Positions 46,756 through 55,249 of a stretch of DNA of 64,000 nt are shown in pieces (the stretch's first letter is position 1; each line of letters opens with the position of its first letter). This DNA comes from Synechococcales cyanobacterium (GTDB taxonomy: Bacteria; Cyanobacteriota; Cyanobacteriia; Leptolyngbyales; Leptolyngbyaceae): the NCBI GenBank assembly GCA_043764895.1, contig JAYUJY010000174.1, positions 412 to 64,411 of the forward strand, given 5' to 3'. The translations under genes and the position numbers were made by a program. The notes beneath the pieces are model-generated. The model did no database searches and was not told where the DNA came from. It saw only the letters and a list, made by a program, of their open reading frames with translations.

Positions 46756-48030
46756 GTGGCGATGATTAACAGCCCAAAAAATGAAGCCCGATCGTTTCAA
46801 GACTTTCCCTGTCCTCAGTGCGGCGGGAAACTCGAATTCTCGCCGAAAGCGGGGCAACTGCAATGTATCTACTGCGGCTATAAAGAGACTCGTCCAGCCG
46901 CCACGGAATCCACCGCCGTTCGAGAAATTCCCTACACTGAATTTCTCGATAGCCAAGCCGTCAAAACCGCACCGCTTTCCGAAACCGCCCTAGAAGTTGC
47001 CTGCCCAAGCTGCCGCGCTCGCATCACCTTCCAGCCCCCTGACGTCGCCGGGAAATGTCCCTTCTGCGCAACGGCGATCGTCACTCAAGGCGAAAAAGCC
47101 CATCCCGTGGTCGAACCGGGCGGCGTATTGCCCTGCAAAATCACCCAGAAAAAAGCCCGCAAAAACGTCCAAAAATGGCTCGGCAACAACTGGTTCTTGC
47201 CGACCGCCCTCAAGTCCCTCGCCCAACAAGAAGCTATGCAGGGCGTCTACATTCCCTACTGGACCTACGACGCCAAAACCGAAAGCCAGTACACCGGAAG
47301 TCGCGGCGAATACTACACCACTACCGAAATTTACACCACCACTGATGACGATGGGAACCCGTCCATCCAAACCCGTGAAGTCCAACACACACGCTGGTAT
47401 CCGGCCTCGGGTCACGTCTCCCGGCACTTCGACGATCTCCTAATTCCTGCGACAACTCAGCTTAATGAAAAATATCTCGATCGCCTATCCGACTGGAAAT
47501 TAGACCAAATCGTTCCCTACTCGTCATCCTACTTAGCAGGCTTCAAAGCACAACGTTATCAAGTCACCCTCGAAGCCGGATTGACCCTAGCAAAGTCCAA
47601 AATGGCCTCCCAAATCCACACCGACGCCTGCCATGACATCGGCGGAGATACCCAAAGTGTTGATCACATCCAAACTCAACATCACGACATTACTTTCAAA
47701 CATATTCTGCTGCCCCTGTGGCTTTCCGCCTATCGGTACAAAAATAAGCAATACCAAGTCATGGTCAACGCCCAAACGGGAGACGTGTCCGGTGAACGGC
47801 CTTACAGCAATACTAAAATTGCGATCGCCGTTATGCTTGGAATCACGATCGTTCTAGCCTTCTGCTATGCCGTATCCCGTGGGCAAAACAACAGCGCTCC
47901 ATCGAATAGCCGAACTCGAATTCGCATTGAGAACAGTGCCCCTAGACGAGATCCGCCCACGCTTTCAAATCCCGCCGTCTCCAAACCCGCCGCCACTAAA
48001 CCTCAGCCTCAAAGCAAAAAGCGACCGTAA
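46756..48030 (+). CDS. Double zinc-ribbon protein with C-terminal TM anchor
   Basis: CPQCGG..x..CIYCG and CPSCRA..x..CPFC zinc ribbons. One TM helix near aa 355-375 (IAIAVMLGITIVLAFCYAV). Lies 41 nt downstream of the SPFH gene. Confidence 0.6.
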   Translation: MAMINSPKNEARSFQDFPCPQCGGKLEFSPKAGQLQCIYCGYKETRPAATESTAVREIPYTEFLDSQAVKTAPLSETALEVACPSCRARITFQPPDVAGKCPFCATAIVTQGEKAHPVVEPGGVLPCKITQKKARKNVQKWLGNNWFLPTALKSLAQQEAMQGVYIPYWTYDAKTESQYTGSRGEYYTTTEIYTTTDDDGNPSIQTREVQHTRWYPASGHVSRHFDDLLIPATTQLNEKYLDRLSDWKLDQIVPYSSSYLAGFKAQRYQVTLEAGLTLAKSKMASQIHTDACHDIGGDTQSVDHIQTQHHDITFKHILLPLWLSAYRYKNKQYQVMVNAQTGDVSGERPYSNTKIAIAVMLGITIVLAFCYAVSRGQNNSAPSNSRTRIRIENSAPRRDPPTLSNPAVSKPAATKPQPQSKKRP

Positions 48031-48311
48031 CTGAACCACCCATAGCCACTCCCCTTAATTAGCAATCTAAATGAATTAACTACATTAGAAAAACATCCGA
48101 TCGTAAAATTTTAGGTAATCACACGTAAGTAGTTGTTATTTCCTCATAGAGATCAGTAGACTCTCTTATAGATCATCTGTTTCTGCTCCAAACAAAACGG
48201 GCATCATGGGACTACGAGGCTGATACGCTCAGTATTCGTACGGGACCACAGATTTTCTGTGTATTCTAGGACACAAATTAGCGAATTTTTTTGGAATGAG
48301 GGCTGGATTAG

Positions 48312-49733
48312 ATGTTGGTCCCTGAAAATCGATTGTTTTGTCGCTTGGATGGCTTAAGTCAGACGGTGCGGGATAAAAATCGGAGCGATGCGCTACAAGC
48401 CCTTCGCCTGTTGGAGGTAAAAAGTGTTCCCGTCTTTGAAGAAGTGGTTCAGACGGCGGCTCATTTTGCGCAAGTGCCCGTAGCATGGCTCAGCGTAGTC
48501 GATCGTCATACTGAATGTCTCAAGGCAACCTTTGGGCTATCCCGCCTGGGTTTGATGAATGATTTGGTCATGCGTCGATCGATCGATCCGGATGATTCCT
48601 TTGGGCAGTACGTGACCGATAGCCACCAGCCTCTGCATATTTCCGATACGTTAGCGCATCCCGTTTTTGCTCAGAGCATTTTAACTCAGCAGTACGGTAT
48701 TCGATCGTACTTAGGGGTGCCGTTGGTGACGAGTAAGGGAGAATACTTAGGCGTGCTGTCGATTCTCGATACCGTACCGCGCGAATTTACGGTGCCGCAG
48801 ATTGAATTTTTGATGTTGACGGCTCGGCTCGGGATGAGTGAGTATGAGCGATCGTACTATCAGCGTCAGGCTGAGGATTTGGCCTTATCAGCCAGACAAC
48901 CTGTTGATCCTGCACCGACTCAAACCCATTTACCAGAGACCACCCTCGCTGGAGTCCTCGATCAGGCCATCATTCCGTTGAAGTTTGAACTCTTAGCGCA
49001 GCTCACTCAGGAACTTCGGACGCCGCTGACCTCCGTCATGGGCATGGCCAGCGTACTTACCCGTGAAATTTATGGTCCGTTGACGCTGAAGCAACGCGAA
49101 TATCTCAATATCATTCACCATAGTGGCGAGTATTTGCTGTCATTGGTGAAGGAAATCTTAGAACTATCACAGTTGGATCTGTCGCAGCGAGTGCTCAATC
49201 CAGTATCGGTGGATATTGAGATGCTCTGTCAACAGGCGATCGCGACGCTAGAACAATCAGCAGCCCGTCGTGAGCAACAGATTCGTCTAACGGTGGAACC
49301 GGGCAATCGGATTTGGATACTCGACAAAGAAAAAATCCGTCAGATGTTGTATCACCTGATTTTCAGCGTCGTGCAATCGTCGAACGGCGGCAGTCAGGTC
49401 CATCTCCATGTTTCAAACAAAAACGGTGCGCTCCGACTAACAGTGTGGGTCACGCATCCTTGTCTAGACGAGACGCTGTTTGGACGCGGTGAATTTCAGC
49501 CGTTGCGCAATGGTCGATCGAGTGGCGTGGCCGTAATGGATGCGCCGACGTTACGCGCTGGAGTGGTCAGCCCTGAAGTCGGAATTCACGACATCCTTCA
49601 ACAAAACATGGGCTTCCTCCTCAGTCGCCAATTGATCGAGCTTCACGGCGGCCAAATCCAAATCCAAGGGGAATCGAGTCCGGGTTATCGCTATGTGATC
49701 ACCCTTCCTCGACTAACATCAAAGTCAGTATAG
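48312..49733 (+). CDS. GAF-domain histidine-kinase-like protein lacking the phospho-acceptor His (pseudokinase)
   Basis: GAF-like N-terminal half. The HisKA-like helix reads TQELRTPLTSVMG (Q in place of H). The N, G1 and G2 boxes of the ATPase domain are not recognisable. Confidence 0.75.
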   Translation: MLVPENRLFCRLDGLSQTVRDKNRSDALQALRLLEVKSVPVFEEVVQTAAHFAQVPVAWLSVVDRHTECLKATFGLSRLGLMNDLVMRRSIDPDDSFGQYVTDSHQPLHISDTLAHPVFAQSILTQQYGIRSYLGVPLVTSKGEYLGVLSILDTVPREFTVPQIEFLMLTARLGMSEYERSYYQRQAEDLALSARQPVDPAPTQTHLPETTLAGVLDQAIIPLKFELLAQLTQELRTPLTSVMGMASVLTREIYGPLTLKQREYLNIIHHSGEYLLSLVKEILELSQLDLSQRVLNPVSVDIEMLCQQAIATLEQSAARREQQIRLTVEPGNRIWILDKEKIRQMLYHLIFSVVQSSNGGSQVHLHVSNKNGALRLTVWVTHPCLDETLFGRGEFQPLRNGRSSGVAVMDAPTLRAGVVSPEVGIHDILQQNMGFLLSRQLIELHGGQIQIQGESSPGYRYVITLPRLTSKSV

Positions 49734-49754
49734 AAAGAAGCGAAATTTTGAAGT

Positions 49755-49789
49755 GTAGGGGTGCTGTGCGATCGTACCCCCCTACTTTA
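49755..49789 (+). terminator. Candidate rho-independent terminator
   Basis: GTAGGGGT ... ACCCCCCTAC hairpin followed by TTTA, 20 nt after the stop at 49733. Confidence 0.35.
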
Positions 49790-49891
49790 ATGATTAGAGG
49801 AGAAGGGCGATCGATATCTGATGCATAACAAGTTTTAGAATCGGCTAAACTGAGAATAAATCTATATCAGTAGAGTCTGGAGCTAATTTTT

Positions 49892-50161
49892 ATGCCGATC
49901 GCTTTACCACCGGAATTAGAATTATTTGCCCAACGTCAGATTGAGAGTGGAAAGTATCGTTCCATTGAAGAGGTCTTAGTAGATGGCCTTCGATCGTTAT
50001 GGGAAAAAGAAGATCTCTATCAAGGCCGTTTAGAAGAATTACGTCAGGAGGCACAGCGAGGAATTGCATCCGTGGCGCGAGGTGAACTCATCGATTTTGA
50101 TACGGCAATGGATGCAATTCGCGAAAAAATGCAACAACGCTATGGGGTCTCATGCGATTAG
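49892..50161 (+). CDS. parD: ParD-family antitoxin
   Basis: MPIALPPELELFAQRQIESGKYRSIEEVLVDGLR is a ParD/RHH-type antitoxin signature. Overlaps the parE-like start by 10 nt. Confidence 0.85.
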   Translation: MPIALPPELELFAQRQIESGKYRSIEEVLVDGLRSLWEKEDLYQGRLEELRQEAQRGIASVARGELIDFDTAMDAIREKMQQRYGVSCD

Positions 50162-50454
50162 CGTTGAATATTTCAGGGGATGCGAATCGGGATCTTGAGG
50201 CGATCGCAGATTACATCGGTGCAAACTATGGATTGTCCAGCAGCAATCAATTTATTGCGGGGATTACGGCTCGGTTGAAGTAGTTGGCACAATTTTCCAT
50301 GATGGGTCCAAGTCGTGAAGAAATCGCACCGGGGTTTCGCTCTCTAATCTACGAGCGATATTTGATTTTGTATGTGGTTCAGGAAAATTCACTGAATGTG
50401 ATACGAGTTGTGAGTGGATATCAGGATTTGACTGGGTTATTTGGGAATGAGTAA
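50152..50454 (+). pseudogene. parE: ParE/RelE-family toxin interrupted by an in-frame TAG
   Basis: Translation is MRLALNISGDANRDLEAIADYIG...ITARLK*LAQFSMMGPSREEIAPGFRSLIYERYLILYVV...IRVVSGYQD, with the TAG at 50281-50283. Both halves are ParE-like. Confidence 0.8.
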
Positions 50455-50511
50455 ATTGGGGTTGGGGTTGCGATCGCCCGATTTATTGAAGTTTGGGCGA
50501 TCGTAATAACT

Positions 50512-50625
50512 TATGATCCTATTCTTTAAGAGCTGTGCTTGGCCTGATTCCACCCAGTTATCGGGCATTGCTGAAGGCAGAACAGTAAGGCGATCGCTCG
50601 AGTGAGTTGGGAGTGATGGGCAATC
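50512..50625 (+). repeat. Repeat family R3 copy a: xisH 3'-end remnant fused to xisI 3'-end plus downstream tail
   Basis: TATGATCCTATTCTTTAAGAG matches xisH at 54848-54868. It is followed by TGTGCTTGGCCTGATTCCACCCAGTTATCGGGCATTGCTGAAGGCAGAACAGTAAGGCGATCGCTCGAGTGAGTTGGGAGTGATGGG. Confidence 0.85.
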
Positions 50626-50790
50626 GGGTTGGTATTACTATCAGCGTCTCAAATCAGTGGCAGCAGATCGCCTCAACTCAACGCCAGTATCTTTCAACTA
50701 TCCGCTATATTTGTTTTTCATGCCGCGTTGTGTGACATTGACCTCAGTTTTCAAACATAAAGAGAGGCAATCCCTGAAGATCAACCTCTC

Positions 50791-50814
50791 TAATTCTAAT
50801 TCTAATTCTAATTA
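50791..50814. repeat. Hexanucleotide microsatellite (TAATTC)x3 + TAATTA
   Basis: Read directly: TAATTCTAATTCTAATTCTAATTA. Confidence 0.9.
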
Positions 50815-50837
50815 CATTGCTGCTCGGTTTAAAGTTT

Positions 50838-51197
50838 TCAAGAGAACTCAGGACAATATGTTGGTTTAGCTACACGCGCCACTGTTTTATCCAAGAGCCA
50901 AAATGCTTGCTTCATCTCGGAACTTTCCAGTTCCTGATTTTTTACCCATTCGATATCTAAGATATCGCTTTGACTCATTCCCTGACTACGCAATTCACAA
51001 TAATTCTTACCTAGATGTACCCAAGGTACTGGATCTGCATCAAGAGTTTTGATCGCTAACTCCGATCCAAGGTTGCCCTCCATCATGACTTTCAAATCGT
51101 AAACAAAGCCACCATCTATCAAGAAGTTGGCCTGTGCAGGCAAACTAATAAACAACCAAACTACTGCCACTGCCAGCGACATGATAAACCCTTTCAT
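50838..51197 (-). CDS. Small secreted hypothetical protein
   Basis: 119-aa ORF with a clear signal peptide (MKGFIMSLAVAVVWLFISLPAQA). Lies in the HIP1-free AT-rich segment. Confidence 0.5.
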   Translation of the reverse strand: MKGFIMSLAVAVVWLFISLPAQANFLIDGGFVYDLKVMMEGNLGSELAIKTLDADPVPWVHLGKNYCELRSQGMSQSDILDIEWVKNQELESSEMKQAFWLLDKTVARVAKPTYCPEFS

Positions 51198-51364
51198 GAA
51201 TGTTCCTCTCTGGTACTAATTTTCATACATTTAGTTACCTAGTACTACGCGGCGTACGTTACCCAGTCTTTAGATTAATCATGGCTTTACCTAGCCTGAT
51301 TTGCCATTTTAAATAGCTAGTTTATTTACGCCGGAGACTACTAGGAATTGGTGCTTGCTGCTGA

Positions 51365-51880
51365 TCAAGCAAGAATCTTGAGCTTTGCGGTGTTGAATTC
51401 ACCTTCTGTGAGAGCACCAGCGTTCTTCAATTCAACAAGCTTCTTTAGTTCATCAGCCAAGTTACTGCCATTAGGTTGCTGTCCCGTGCGAGAGGACTTT
51501 TTAGCTGCTTCAATGCGTTGAGCTAACTCAGTGTAGAACTTATTGGCATCTTCAACTTCCTGTTTGATAGTTCCAGCAAACGGGAGGACATTTTCGCGCT
51601 CATCATACCCAGGCTTGAAGCTCTTTGCGTTCAAATCCCCAGACCCTGAGTAGTTAATTTCAACAAACCCATATCCAGCTATGTTCCATGAAGAAGGACG
51701 GTTGAACTGATAACTTGTGATATCCTCCAAACGCACTTTCTTCTCCCCTTTTCGACTCTTTGAGATTCCACTCAACTTGTAGATTGTCAAGAACTCAGAG
51801 TCTATTACCCATTCAGCGTACAAACGCTTAAATCCTACAGTGCTATCTTCATTTTTCAGAAGCTTGCCAAAGTCCGACAT
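51365..51880 (-). CDS. SHOCT-domain protein with N-terminal PH-like/unknown domain
   Basis: C-terminal DELKKLVELKNAGALTEGEFNTAKLKIL fits the SHOCT motif. Confidence 0.7.
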   Translation of the reverse strand: MSDFGKLLKNEDSTVGFKRLYAEWVIDSEFLTIYKLSGISKSRKGEKKVRLEDITSYQFNRPSSWNIAGYGFVEINYSGSGDLNAKSFKPGYDERENVLPFAGTIKQEVEDANKFYTELAQRIEAAKKSSRTGQQPNGSNLADELKKLVELKNAGALTEGEFNTAKLKILA

Positions 51881-52592
51881 TGCTATTTCCTCAATCCTTA
51901 TCAGATGATTAAAGTGTTCCCATCAGAAGAGAGTATCTAACTTACGATTCCTCCACTATAAATCTTGAGGTACAAGCGGCATAACTATCGAGTTGAACCG
52001 CCTTAAAACTTCTTGCGATTGCAAACGCAGTTACAGAGTGGCTCAACGGCACACCTTTCTAACAAGTCGGTTCTAACGAGATTGTTCTACTGTACCTGGT
52101 AGGATTTAGTTTTCCCAACGTAGAATATTTTATATCTTGAAGTAAATAATCATATAGACGGCTAGTTTGCTGCCTAAGTATCCAGAGCGGGATCTTAGAC
52201 TGACAAGCTATGTATATAGCAATCCTAAATGATTCATGAATTTTGGGATCCCATTTCAATCCTGGAATGCTTATCGGTCAACGGTTTCGGTCGTTAGATT
52301 TTTTACAAATGATTTAGGACTGCTATATTTCAGGAGCAAGAATCTTACCACTCTACCTAAGATTCCAAAACTAGGAATTAGAGTAATTTGGAGATAGACA
52401 TGGATCCAAAGCCGATCGCTCATCACTCCAGCCCAATCGCATAAACCGAACTCCCGAATCAAGCAACCTGAATCCCAAATCAACTAATCTGAGTCTCCGA
52501 TCGAGTAACCTACATCCCAAATCAAGTAAATCGGTCTTCAACTCATAAAGCTTCTCGATCGTCCTTAAAATGAACCTCCGATTGAATAAATC

Positions 52593-53075
52593 TTAAATCT
52601 GAGTTAATTCTCGATCGGGATTGTATTTTAAACGGAGCAGTTGATGGTGATGAAGTGAAAGTATCGCATAAGTTTTCCCGTTGTCATCACTGAAGTCCAC
52701 TTCATAAACATCAGAGGCCAAGATTTTGGCGATCGTACCGACTTGTCCAACGGAAAGACCTCGATCGGGCAGATCTTCAATTAAGGCAACGACATCCCGG
52801 TATTGAATCTTGATGGATTGTGAAATCTTTTGTAGAGAATACTGTAGGGATTGCTTGTATTTGTCTCTCTGCTCCATTCGTTCTGCCACATTTTCTGGCG
52901 AAACCTCACTATAGGTTGAGGTGCCGTCTTCATGGTGGACAGTGACAGAGTATCCATTTTCACGCAGCCTTTGGGCATGTCTACCTCGGACAGGTTTCCC
53001 CATTTGACTGAGATTATATTCAGGTAACATTTCATCTTCTTCCATCGAAGAAGTGATGTCTTTAGCTTGGGTCAT
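52593..53075 (-). CDS. BrnA-position antitoxin candidate fused to a DUF4926 domain
   Basis: Start taken at the ATG at 53075, overlapping the brnT stop by 14 nt. The N-terminal part (MLPEYNLSQMGKPVRGRHAQRL) is antitoxin-like. The C-terminal DVVALIEDLPDRGLSVGQVGTIAKILASDVYEVDFSDDNGKTYA fits DUF4926. Confidence 0.6.
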   Translation of the reverse strand: MTQAKDITSSMEEDEMLPEYNLSQMGKPVRGRHAQRLRENGYSVTVHHEDGTSTYSEVSPENVAERMEQRDKYKQSLQYSLQKISQSIKIQYRDVVALIEDLPDRGLSVGQVGTIAKILASDVYEVDFSDDNGKTYAILSLHHHQLLRLKYNPDRELTQI

Positions 53076-53337
53076 AGAGACGAGCCTCCTGAGAGGTGCA
53101 AGGGCGAGCACTAATGATTCGGATACGGTTTCCCCGTTCTGCATAGACGACTAACAGTAGCCGATTGTATTTGGATAAACCAATATCAATATAGCGCAAC
53201 TCCTCGAAAGAATGTTCTGTATCTTCAAAGGTCTCAGCATCGGTGTCTTCAAACACGGTAGAAGCTTCTTCAAAGGAAACGCCATGTTTTGTAAAATTAA
53301 TCTGGGCCTTATTCTCATCCCACTCAAAAGATCCCAT
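53062..53337 (-). CDS. brnT: BrnT-family (DUF497) toxin
   Basis: FEWDENKAQINFTKHGVSFEEASTVFED ... IRIISARP is a characteristic BrnT sequence. Confidence 0.88.
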   Translation of the reverse strand: MGSFEWDENKAQINFTKHGVSFEEASTVFEDTDAETFEDTEHSFEELRYIDIGLSKYNRLLLVVYAERGNRIRIISARPCTSQEARLYDPS

Positions 53338-53432
53338 CGATTTATTGACAGCACTTGATTTTGCGGTTCTTATAGTAACATTTCTGAGTTTTCGCTGAGC
53401 AAGTTAATCTAAAAGACATCTTGAAAAAGGCA

Positions 53433-53527
53433 ATCGTGCTTGGCCTGATTCCACCCAGTTATCGGGCATTGCTGAAGGCAGAACAGTAGGGCGATCGCTT
53501 CAATGAGTTGGGAGTGATGGGCGATCG
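53433..53527 (+). repeat. Repeat family R3 copy b (xisI 3'-end plus tail, no xisI body)
   Basis: ATCGTGCTTGGCCTGATTCCACCCAGTTATCGGGCATTGCTGAAGGCAGAACAGTAGGGCGATCGCTTCAATGAGTTGGGAGTGATGGGCGATCG. Confidence 0.85.
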
Positions 53528-53544
53528 AATTCCCATTCAATTTA

Positions 53545-53961
53545 TTACAGCAGCAATCGACGAAATCCAGCTTGTGAAAAGTGTTCATCGGCAGTTAATA
53601 CATCGGAGATGTTGCGATCGCGCATGACCGTAAAGGAAATACAATCTACTAATCCCCATTCTTTATCTAATCGGGTTTTAAAGAGTTCCAAGGCGCGGCT
53701 ATAAAGCTGAGTTGAAAGGGGGACGATCGTGACGTTTGGATCAGTTTCTAGAGACGTGAGGAGTTGGACAGCGGCTTTTCTGTAACGGGCTTTAGAGAGG
53801 GCATTACCGAGTTCGAGGAGAATTGCTTGGGTTGTAACGAGTTTTGTTTTTTGTCTTGTCAGTTCTGCGGCGATCGCCATGGCTTGGAAATGGTGCCGAT
53901 CGGTCACTGAAGAAAGAGCAATGGCAAAGGAGGTATCCAGAAAGACTTCAGTCATGAGCAT
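53545..53961 (-). CDS. vapC: PIN-domain toxin (VapC family)
   Basis: VFLDTSFAIAL N-terminal motif and C-terminal LVDCISFTVMRDRNISDVLTADEHF. Overlaps the upstream small ORF by 14 nt. Confidence 0.85.
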   Translation of the reverse strand: MLMTEVFLDTSFAIALSSVTDRHHFQAMAIAAELTRQKTKLVTTQAILLELGNALSKARYRKAAVQLLTSLETDPNVTIVPLSTQLYSRALELFKTRLDKEWGLVDCISFTVMRDRNISDVLTADEHFSQAGFRRLLL

Positions 53962-54181
53962 TCGGTTCTGGATAAATTTCGACTTGGGTAGACCAGCCGA
54001 TCGGACCTTCTAAATTAAGCGCTTGTGCCGTTTGTAGAAAGCTCGTAGGCTGGGCTGGGCTGGAAAGTTGATTGAGCTTCAAAAGTAACCATTCGGTGAG
54101 AACAAGTCCATTCCGATCGGCTTGCTGGGTAAGCGCAACGTATAATTCGTCGTTGAGTTCTAAGGAGAGATGCTGGCTCAT
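53948..54181 (-). CDS. Antitoxin partner of VapC
   Basis: 77-aa ORF overlapping the vapC start. The call rests on position and size. Confidence 0.6.
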   Translation of the reverse strand: MSQHLSLELNDELYVALTQQADRNGLVLTEWLLLKLNQLSSPAQPTSFLQTAQALNLEGPIGWSTQVEIYPEPNAHD

Positions 54182-54217
54182 GGGACGATCGGGAGAGTTA
54201 AGGTTGTACTTAGTATA

Positions 54218-54330
54218 GCGATCGATCGCTTGAGTAGCTTAGGAAGATGGACGATCGTGCTTGGCCTGATTCCACCCAGTTATCGGGCATTGCTGAAGTC
54301 CCAGCAGTAGCGCGATCGCTTGAGTAAGTC
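54218..54330 (+). repeat. Repeat family R3 copy c (tail fragment + xisI 3'-end + partial tail)
   Basis: GCGATCGATCGCTTGAGTAGCTTAGGAAGATGGACGATCG is followed by TGCTTGGCCTGATTCCACCCAGTTATCGGGCATTGCTGAAGTCCCAGCAGTAGCGCGATCGCTTGAGTAAGTC. Confidence 0.8.
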
Positions 54331-54467
54331 TGCGTTATGGTCGATCGGATGAGTATCATTAGATAAGCAGCGGCAGATAGCCTTCGTAATACAATCGCGT
54401 ACTATCATCTGTGTCATCGACTTGTTAGCGCTAATATGGTAAGTAAGATCCTAATTTTAAATGAGCA

Positions 54468-54890
54468 ATGGCAAAAGATACTTTCTATCCCCAAGTAAAA
54501 CGTGCGCTCATTAAGGACGGATGGAAGATTACGGATGATCCTCTCAAATTAGAAGTTGGAGGCGTTAAACTAGAGGTGGATTTGGGTGCAGAGCGTGTGT
54601 TAGAAGTCGTTCTAGCAGCGGAGCGTGCTAGTGAAAAGATTGCTGTCGAGGTGAAAAGCTTTATTTCAAACTCACCCATCAATGAATTGCATGGCGCATT
54701 GGGGCAGTTTATTGCTTACCGTACAGCACTCTCAGAGTTGGAACCCGATCGTAAACTTTACTTAGCCGTTCCGATCGCAACTTTTTCTGATTTTTTTCAA
54801 TTGCCGTTTCTACAGCGTTTGATTCGAGAAAACCAGTTGATTCTCATGGTTTATGATCCTATTCTTCAAGAGGTTGTCCAATGGCTGTAA
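54468..54890 (+). CDS. xisH: XisH-family protein
   Basis: MAKDTFYPQVKRALIKDGWKITDDPL...IAVEVKSF...ALGQFIAYR...KLYLAVP...MVYDP matches the XisH family. Confidence 0.9.
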   Translation: MAKDTFYPQVKRALIKDGWKITDDPLKLEVGGVKLEVDLGAERVLEVVLAAERASEKIAVEVKSFISNSPINELHGALGQFIAYRTALSELEPDRKLYLAVPIATFSDFFQLPFLQRLIRENQLILMVYDPILQEVVQWL

Positions 54891-55249
54891 GTCCTATTTC
54901 ATTGACACACTTTGAATCTGAAGTTTCGATCGATCGCTGCCGATCGGCAATCCTAACCATTTTGAGTGTAGCGATTGCGACTGAGACTGACCGTGACGTA
55001 GAAACGGAGATGATTTGCGATGAGATCCGCGATCGTTATTTGTTATTGGGACAGGGTTGGCGTGGGCAGGAGCGGGTTTATGCCGTGTGGATGCATCTAG
55101 AGATTCGCAAGGGACGGATTTGGATTCAACGAAATCAGACAGAGGTTGATTTGGAGGCTGAGTTGTTACGGTTGGGAATTCCGCAAAAATCGATCGTGCT
55201 TGGCCTGATTCCACCCAGTTATCGGGCATTGCTGAAGTCCCAGCAGTAG
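54881..55249 (+). CDS. xisI: XisI-family protein
   Basis: ...YLLLGQGWRGQERVYAVWMHLEIRKGRIWIQRNQTEVDLEAELLRLGIPQKSIVLG matches XisI. Overlaps xisH by 10 nt. Confidence 0.88.
   Translation: MAVSPISLTHFESEVSIDRCRSAILTILSVAIATETDRDVETEMICDEIRDRYLLLGQGWRGQERVYAVWMHLEIRKGRIWIQRNQTEVDLEAELLRLGIPQKSIVLGLIPPSYRALLKSQQ

Noticed and set aside
52059-52483. Two small minus-strand ORFs (66 and 70 aa) in the AT-rich gap
   Set aside because: They show no recognisable motifs, poor start context and odd composition, and AT-rich DNA readily gives short ORFs. They are left unannotated. The region is flagged instead as possibly foreign or non-coding.
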